The notes beneath the pieces were generated by a model, which made no database searches, was not told the DNA's origin, and worked only from the letters and a program-made list of their open reading frames with translations. From positions 1,376,001 to 1,440,000 of the forward strand of contig CAWFGO010000001.1 in NCBI GenBank assembly GCA_963815455.1: a stretch of DNA of 64,000 nucleotides. The letters are read 5' to 3'. Each line of letters starts with the position of its first letter. Position 1 is the stretch's first letter. Source of the DNA: an uncultured Verrucomicrobiae bacterium. Lineage in GTDB: Bacteria; Verrucomicrobiota; Verrucomicrobiia; Chthoniobacterales; UBA10450. A program made the translations under genes and the position numbers. Of this stretch, positions 58,233-64,000 are shown in pieces.

Positions 58233-61200
58233 ATGATTCAACTCAAACCAGGAATTGCGCCGGCATCGCTCAACAAACCCCGAAAATCGACCGATCGCCG
58301 CAAACAACGGAGCCAAAAAAAGAAAAATCCGGGCTTGCATTTTCAGCGTGTTTTTAGCGACCCGGCGGTGTCGCCATTCGATCAAATCGAATGGGAGCGT
58401 CGCACGGCGGAGATCGGCGACGACGGCGGCAAAGTCATTTTCAAGCAGGAAAATGTCGAAGTTCCGAAGAGTTGGACGGCTCTGGCTACGAAGATCGCGG
58501 TCTCGAAATATTTTTACGGCGACATCAGTCACGGCACCGACCCGAGCAAGAATGGCCGGGAAACTTCGGTGCGCCAACTGATTCAGCGGGTGACGCGAAC
58601 GATCGCGGATTGGGGAATTGCCGATGGCTACTTTGCCGATACGGAATCGGCGGACACGTTTTACAACGAGCTGACCTGGCTGTGCCTGAATCAGTTCGGG
58701 GCCTTCAATTCGCCGGTCTGGTTCAATGTCGGTCTTTATCATGAGTACGGAGTGGGCCGGAACGCCGGAGCGGGCAATTACTTTTACAACCGAGAGAGCG
58801 GCCAAGCGGAGCGCGCGGCCACTCAGTACGAATACCCCCAGGGCAGCGCCTGTTTCATCCAAAGTGTTAACGACACGATGGAAGACATCATGCGACTTGC
58901 CACGAGCGAAGCAATGCTCTTCAAGTACGGCAGCGGCACCGGCAGCGATCTTTCCACCTTAAGATCGACCAGGGAAAAATTGAGTGGTGGTGGGAAACCG
59001 AGCGGGCCGCTGTCGTTCCTGAAAGTTTACGATCAGGTGGCCAACGTGGTGAAGAGCGGCGGCAAAACGCGACGCGCGGCCAAGATGAACACGCTCAAGG
59101 ATTGGCACCCCGACATCGAGGAGTTCATCGATGCGAAACAGAAGGAAGAGAAAAAAGCGTGGGCGCTAATCGAGAGCGGTTACGACGGCAGTTACAACGG
59201 CGACGCCTACGGGTCGGTCATGTATCAGAACGAAAACCTGAGCGTCCGGGTGAGCGACGAGTTCATGGAAGCCGCTCTGGAAGGCCGCGAATGGTGGACG
59301 CGCCGCGTCACTGACGGTCAACCGTGCGAGAAAAAGGAGGCGCGCGCGTTGCTCCGCAAAATCGCCGAGGGCACCTACGTCTGCGGTGATCCCGGGATGC
59401 AGTTCGACACCACGATTCACAAATGGCACACCTGCAAGGGGACGGACCGGCAAAATTCAACGAATCCGTGTTCGGAATATCTTTTTCTCGATGACACCGC
59501 GTGCAACCTGGCCTCGCTCAATTTGATGAAATTCAAGGACGAAGACGGCGCGTTCGATGTGAAGCGATTCAAGTCGGCGGTGCGGGTGTTCATTACGGCG
59601 CAGGAGATCATCGTCGATAACGCCAGTTATCCGATCAAAGAGATCGCCGAGAACTCGCACATTTTCCGCACCCTCGGGCTTGGTTACGCCAATCTCGGGT
59701 CGCTCATCATGAGTTACGGTTATGGATACGACAGCGTCGAAGGCCGGGCGATCTGCGGCGCGATCACGTCGATCATGACCGGCGAAGCCTACGAGCAAAG
59801 CGCGCGAATGGCGCGAGCCATGGGGCCGTTCCCCGGTTATCGCGACGCGCGTTGCAGCGGCGTGTCCAAGCCGGTCTCGAAGAACAACGTCGCGGCGATG
59901 CAGGAAGTGATCGATCTCCACCGTTGCGCGGTGAACGAAATCCCGGACACCGAGGAATTCGGATATTTGAAACAGGAGGCGAAGGAGGTCTGGAACAGCG
60001 CAGCCGAGCTGGGCAAACGCTACGGTTATCGCAACGCCCAGGTCACGGTGCTCGCGCCTACCGGCACGATCAGTTTCCTGATGGATTGCGACACTACCGG
60101 GATCGAGCCCGACATCGCGCTGGTGAAATACAAACTGCTCGCCGGCGGCGGCATGTTGAAAATCGTTAACCAAACGGTCAAACTTGCGCTGGAAAAACTC
60201 GGTTACAATTCCGAGGAGGTCGAACGGATCATCGCGCATATCGACGCCTTCGACACCATCGAGGACGTGACCGATACCGACGGTTCGAATATTTCGTCAG
60301 GGCTGAAACCGGAACATCTCTCCATTTTCGATTGCGCGTTCAAGCCGTTTAAGGGCGAGCGCAGTCTTAATTACATGGCGCATCTGCGGATGATGGCCGC
60401 GGCTCAACCGTTCCTGAGCGGCGCCATTTCGAAGACGGTGAACCTGCCGGAAGCGGCCACCGTCGATGAAATCATGAACGCTTACGTCGAAGGCTGGCGG
60501 CTCGGGCTGAAATCGGTCGCCATGTATCGCGACGCCTCCAAGCGGTCCGCGCCGTTGAACACGCGCAAGACGAAAGACATGGGCGGCGCCGATGCTGACG
60601 CCGCTGGCGCGGATGTCATGGTCGAACCCGCTGAGCTTCAGCAGCGCATCCTCGAGCTCGAAGAAGAATTGTCGATGTTGCGCGGCAAACTGGACCGACC
60701 GTTGCGGCATCGGATGCCCGACACCCGGATGTCGTTAACGCACAAGTTCGAGATCGCCGGACACGAAGGCTACATCACCGTCGGTCTCTACGAGGATGGA
60801 ATGCCGGGCGAGTTATTCATTCAGATGTCGAAGGAAGGCAGCACCATCGGCGGGCTCATGGACACAATCGGCACGCTGACCTCGGTCTCGTTGCAGTACG
60901 GCGTGCCATTGGAGAACCTGGTGAAGAAATTCGCCTATCAACGGTTCGAGCCGAGCGGGTTCACCAAAAATCCCGATATTCGCAGCGCCACCAGCATCAC
61001 CGATTACGTATTTCGCTGGCTCGGTTGCCAGTTCATCAAAGGGTACAAGGAAGCGACCTCGCCCAACCGCGGTCAGCCGGAACTGCCGATGAAAGAAATC
61101 GCCGAGATCGAAAAGAAGGCTGTTAACCGTCCCGTGCCCGATCTCTCTCGGACCGGCGAAAAAGAGCTGATCGACGTGATCACCAGCGACCACTCCCCGC

Positions 61201-61391
61201 ATGACGGCTCACCCCAATTTAAGGCCAGCTCCCCCGAAAGCATTCGGGGCAGCCACGCCGAGCGAGTCAAAGAAGCGCTCGGCAACATGTTCATGGACAT
61301 CACGTGCTCGGTCTGCGGCAGCACCAAAGTCATCCGCGCCGGCGCCTGCGGCGTCTGTACCGAATGCGGCACTAGCCAAGGCTGCAGCTAA
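58233..61391 (+). CDS. nrdJ: Class II (B12-dependent) ribonucleotide reductase with C-terminal TSCPD-like domain
   Basis: FNSPVWFN, SACFI, GGKTRRAAKM, NPCSE, CNLASLNL, APTGTISF, SGAISKTVN, GHEGYITVG, terminal CxxC pairs. Confidence 0.97.
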   Translation: MIQLKPGIAPASLNKPRKSTDRRKQRSQKKKNPGLHFQRVFSDPAVSPFDQIEWERRTAEIGDDGGKVIFKQENVEVPKSWTALATKIAVSKYFYGDISHGTDPSKNGRETSVRQLIQRVTRTIADWGIADGYFADTESADTFYNELTWLCLNQFGAFNSPVWFNVGLYHEYGVGRNAGAGNYFYNRESGQAERAATQYEYPQGSACFIQSVNDTMEDIMRLATSEAMLFKYGSGTGSDLSTLRSTREKLSGGGKPSGPLSFLKVYDQVANVVKSGGKTRRAAKMNTLKDWHPDIEEFIDAKQKEEKKAWALIESGYDGSYNGDAYGSVMYQNENLSVRVSDEFMEAALEGREWWTRRVTDGQPCEKKEARALLRKIAEGTYVCGDPGMQFDTTIHKWHTCKGTDRQNSTNPCSEYLFLDDTACNLASLNLMKFKDEDGAFDVKRFKSAVRVFITAQEIIVDNASYPIKEIAENSHIFRTLGLGYANLGSLIMSYGYGYDSVEGRAICGAITSIMTGEAYEQSARMARAMGPFPGYRDARCSGVSKPVSKNNVAAMQEVIDLHRCAVNEIPDTEEFGYLKQEAKEVWNSAAELGKRYGYRNAQVTVLAPTGTISFLMDCDTTGIEPDIALVKYKLLAGGGMLKIVNQTVKLALEKLGYNSEEVERIIAHIDAFDTIEDVTDTDGSNISSGLKPEHLSIFDCAFKPFKGERSLNYMAHLRMMAAAQPFLSGAISKTVNLPEAATVDEIMNAYVEGWRLGLKSVAMYRDASKRSAPLNTRKTKDMGGADADAAGADVMVEPAELQQRILELEEELSMLRGKLDRPLRHRMPDTRMSLTHKFEIAGHEGYITVGLYEDGMPGELFIQMSKEGSTIGGLMDTIGTLTSVSLQYGVPLENLVKKFAYQRFEPSGFTKNPDIRSATSITDYVFRWLGCQFIKGYKEATSPNRGQPELPMKEIAEIEKKAVNRPVPDLSRTGEKELIDVITSDHSPHDGSPQFKASSPESIRGSHAERVKEALGNMFMDITCSVCGSTKVIRAGACGVCTECGTSQGCS

Positions 61392-61505
61392 GACGGATCC
61401 TAGTCGTCTTTGATTCGCTCGTATTGGACAGGCGCGCTCTGCTCGCTACAATGGCTGCCTCGCCGTTTCGGCTTTGAAGCTTTTCAGGATCGGCGGCCAA
61501 TTCTT

Positions 61506-63287
61506 ATGACTGAGACGGAAGCGCAACGGCAAAAGGAGATTCAACAGGCGGAGGAGCTGCTTTTTAGCGGGCCGCAGGCGGTGGGGTTTGCCAAGGGGCT
61601 TTTCCAGGGGCATTTCGTGTCCGACTGGGTGATGCCGTATCCGCGGATTGCGTCGTCGGAACAACCGGAGATTGATCGGACGCTGGCTGAGCTGCGGGAT
61701 TTTCTCGATAAGAATCTTGATCCGGCGGAGATCGATCGCATCGCGGATATTCCGCGGAGCGTGATCGACGGACTGGGGCGCGTGGGTGTGCTCGGGGCGA
61801 CGGCGCCGAAAGAAATTGGCGGTCACGGGTTTTCGCAGTTGGCTAACTGCAAGATCCTTGAGGAGATCGGGACCCGGTGTGCATCGACATCGGTATTTGT
61901 TAACGCGCATCATTCGATCGGCATCCGGGCATTGCTGTTGTTTGGGACGGACGAACAAAAACGGCGTTGGCTCCCGAAACTGGTCACTGGTGAACAGCTC
62001 GCGGCCTTTGCCCTGACCGAACCCGAGGCGGGTTCGGATGCCGGCAACGTGCAAATGACGGCAACGCCGAGCGCGGATGGCTCGCACTTTGTTTTGAACG
62101 GCGAGAAGCGTTACATCACCAACGCGGCGATCGCGCAGGTGCTTACGGTCATGGCGCGAACGCCGGTGCCGGGCTCGGACAAGACTGCGATCACGGCGTT
62201 TCTGGTCACGCCGGACATGCCGGGATTCAACATGATCGAAGGCCGGATGCCGAAGCTCGGGATTCGCGGGACGGCGACGGCGCGGTTCGAATTGCGCGAT
62301 GTGAAAGTGCCAAAGGAGAACGTTCTCGGGAAACTGGGCAAAGGCCTGAAGGTCGCGCTGACGGTGCTCGATTTCGGTCGGACCACTTTTGGCGCGTGCT
62401 GCACTGGGAGCGCGAAGACGTGTTTGAAGCTCGCGGTCGAGCACGCGAACACGCGAAAACAGTTCAATAAGACGCTGGGCAACTTTCATTTGGTCAAAAA
62501 GAAAATCGCCAAGATGGCGGCGGACGCCTACGCGATGGAAGCAATGACCACGATGACGGCGGGGTTCATCGATCGCGGTCTGGAAGATTACATGATGGAA
62601 ACGGCGATGTTGAAGGTGTTCACGACCGAGCGGCTGTGGGAAATCATCAACGAGACGTTCCAGATCCACGGCGGCTCGGCGTATTTTAACGATTCACCGC
62701 TCGAGCGGATGTTGCGGGACGCGCGGATCAATCAGATCGGCGAAGGGAGCAACGAGGTGCTCACGTCGTTCGTCGCACTGGTCGGAATGCGTGGGCCGGG
62801 CATGGAGTTCAAGGAAATTTACGACACGATGTTGAAACCGACGCGCGAAGGCGGGATTGGCAAGGCGTGGACGGCGGGGATGAATCGATTAGGAGCGAGC
62901 ATTCGCACGCCCGACGTGCCGGTGCAGAGCGAGCAGCTCAAATCCCGGGCGGGACAACTGGGCAGGTTGATTTGGCGTTTCAATTTTGCCGTGAACAAAT
63001 CGCTGATCGCGTATCGGGAACCGATTCTCGATATGCAGCTGGTCCAGGAACGAATCGCCAACACGGCCATGGATCTTTTTGCATCGACATGCGTGTTGAG
63101 CCGTTGGGAATCCGAGCTGCAATCGGCGCGTCGCAATGGCCAATCGGCGCCATCGGAGCACAAGGCGGCGGATCTTTTCCTTCGCCAATCGTTCAGGCGA
63201 ATTCGCGGTTTCCTCGACGGCCTAAGTCAGAACGACGACAAAGCCGTGCTGGACACGGCTGATTCGGTGCTGGGGAAATCTCATTAG
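61506..63287 (+). CDS. Acyl-CoA dehydrogenase (ACAD9/VLCAD-like, extended C-terminus)
   Basis: AFALTEPEAGSD, LNGEKRYITN, KLGIRG, RKQF, QIHGG, RDARINQIGEGSNEV. Confidence 0.95.
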   Translation: MTETEAQRQKEIQQAEELLFSGPQAVGFAKGLFQGHFVSDWVMPYPRIASSEQPEIDRTLAELRDFLDKNLDPAEIDRIADIPRSVIDGLGRVGVLGATAPKEIGGHGFSQLANCKILEEIGTRCASTSVFVNAHHSIGIRALLLFGTDEQKRRWLPKLVTGEQLAAFALTEPEAGSDAGNVQMTATPSADGSHFVLNGEKRYITNAAIAQVLTVMARTPVPGSDKTAITAFLVTPDMPGFNMIEGRMPKLGIRGTATARFELRDVKVPKENVLGKLGKGLKVALTVLDFGRTTFGACCTGSAKTCLKLAVEHANTRKQFNKTLGNFHLVKKKIAKMAADAYAMEAMTTMTAGFIDRGLEDYMMETAMLKVFTTERLWEIINETFQIHGGSAYFNDSPLERMLRDARINQIGEGSNEVLTSFVALVGMRGPGMEFKEIYDTMLKPTREGGIGKAWTAGMNRLGASIRTPDVPVQSEQLKSRAGQLGRLIWRFNFAVNKSLIAYREPILDMQLVQERIANTAMDLFASTCVLSRWESELQSARRNGQSAPSEHKAADLFLRQSFRRIRGFLDGLSQNDDKAVLDTADSVLGKSH

Positions 63288-63437
63288 CGTGGTGGATCGC
63301 GATCTCCGAGCGCGATGCTAACCCACCCGGCGCAAGCCGGACATTTAGCGCCTGAGGCGCTGTGTTTTCCCAACGCGCCCGGAGGTCGCGTTCCACCGGC
63401 CCAAAAGCTGGCCCGGTTTTAGCTGCAAAGGTGGGGC

Positions 63438-64000
63438 ATGTACCTCACCACCCTCAAAGCAAAGGCGGCTAATTTTGTCCATCTTAGCAGGAAGTCCGAA
63501 TGTTCTTCCTGGGAAAATTTCGTGCTGGAAGTTTGTCCGGCCGGGAGACATGTGCTGCAGATCGGGAACGGTCACGCTCGAATCGTTGGCGATCTTAAAC
63601 GCAACTTCTGCCACGTTACGGAGCGCGTTTTCGCGGAGAGCTCTCGGCCGACAGGATCGACATCGGCCGCGTCCGCATTACCGGAGAACGTGGCGTGGTT
63701 CGATCGAATCCTCTTGCTGGATCTAGTCGAGCAGTTGCCTGATCCCGAAACTTTCATGGAGACACTGCGCGAGAAAATGGCGCGGTGCGGATCGGAGGTA
63801 ATCGTTACAGCATCGAATGCCCGGTCTCGGACCGCGCGATTTGTGAGCACACTTTTCAAATGTAGTTCCAATCGCAACGGAAACGGAACTTCCAGAGTCG
63901 GACGCCGACATTCTTTCACCTTCAAGTCTTTGTGTCTATTGCTGGAGCGGGCCGGCTACGAGATTTTGGAAGCGCGAGGCGTTTCGGCGCCGCGTCCATC
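63438..64000 (+). CDS. Class I SAM methyltransferase-like protein, divergent, runs off the window edge
   Basis: Manual translation: RHVLQIGNGH, FDRILLLDLVEQLPDPETF, VIVTASN, FTFKSLCLLLERAGYEI. Confidence 0.6.
   Translation, partial: MYLTTLKAKAANFVHLSRKSECSSWENFVLEVCPAGRHVLQIGNGHARIVGDLKRNFCHVTERVFAESSRPTGSTSAASALPENVAWFDRILLLDLVEQLPDPETFMETLREKMARCGSEVIVTASNARSRTARFVSTLFKCSSNRNGNGTSRVGRRHSFTFKSLCLLLERAGYEILEARGVSAPRP

Noticed and set aside
58233..61391. Intein or intron in nrdJ
   Set aside because: Motifs are contiguous around NPCSE and no intein splice-junction pattern was seen
1..64000. CRISPR array or cas genes
   Set aside because: No run of identical repeats with unique equal-length spacers; the repeats found are palindromic REP-like, short-period or coding

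Overview
GC-rich bacterial chromosomal window. Gene content (STK-linked ECF sigma factor, PT-linker/Calx-beta secreted protein, dense palindromic intergenic repeats) suggests a soil Verrucomicrobiota/Chthoniobacterales-like organism; this is inference, not a search result. Left to right: an RND efflux pair; a cluster of tiny orphan ORFs preceded by a duplicated 42-bp promoter-like element; an ECF sigma + Ser/Thr kinase-TPR pair; tRNA-Thr(TGT); a ~23-kb minus-strand two-component cluster (6 histidine kinases, 8 response regulators) built from reshuffled PAS modules; a NitT/TauT-type ABC transporter; housekeeping genes (priA, SLT, HMG-CoA lyase, polX, Na+/H+ antiporter, purD, tricorn protease, nrdJ, acyl-CoA dehydrogenase); and a complete 2219-bp IS1595-family element (24-bp TIRs, 8-bp TSD, passenger genes) inserted in a hairpin between tRNA-Ser(CGA) and a small GIY-YIG nuclease gene. 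Most notable: (i) the tRNA/structured leader/GIY-YIG unit and related 30-bp hairpin inserts elsewhere; (ii) a two-gene orphan cassette bracketed by a duplicated purD 5' end; (iii) a REPIN-like palindrome translated in frame in an ABC permease; (iv) the duplicated promoter beside the ECF/kinase pair; (v) apparent pseudo-enzymes (S41 homolog without Ser/Lys, HPt without His). Many genes have single-base frameshifts, clustered at ~25.9-29 kb, ~36.9-37.9 kb and ~56-56.5 kb; these may be long-read errors. All calls are by eye; no database searches were run.
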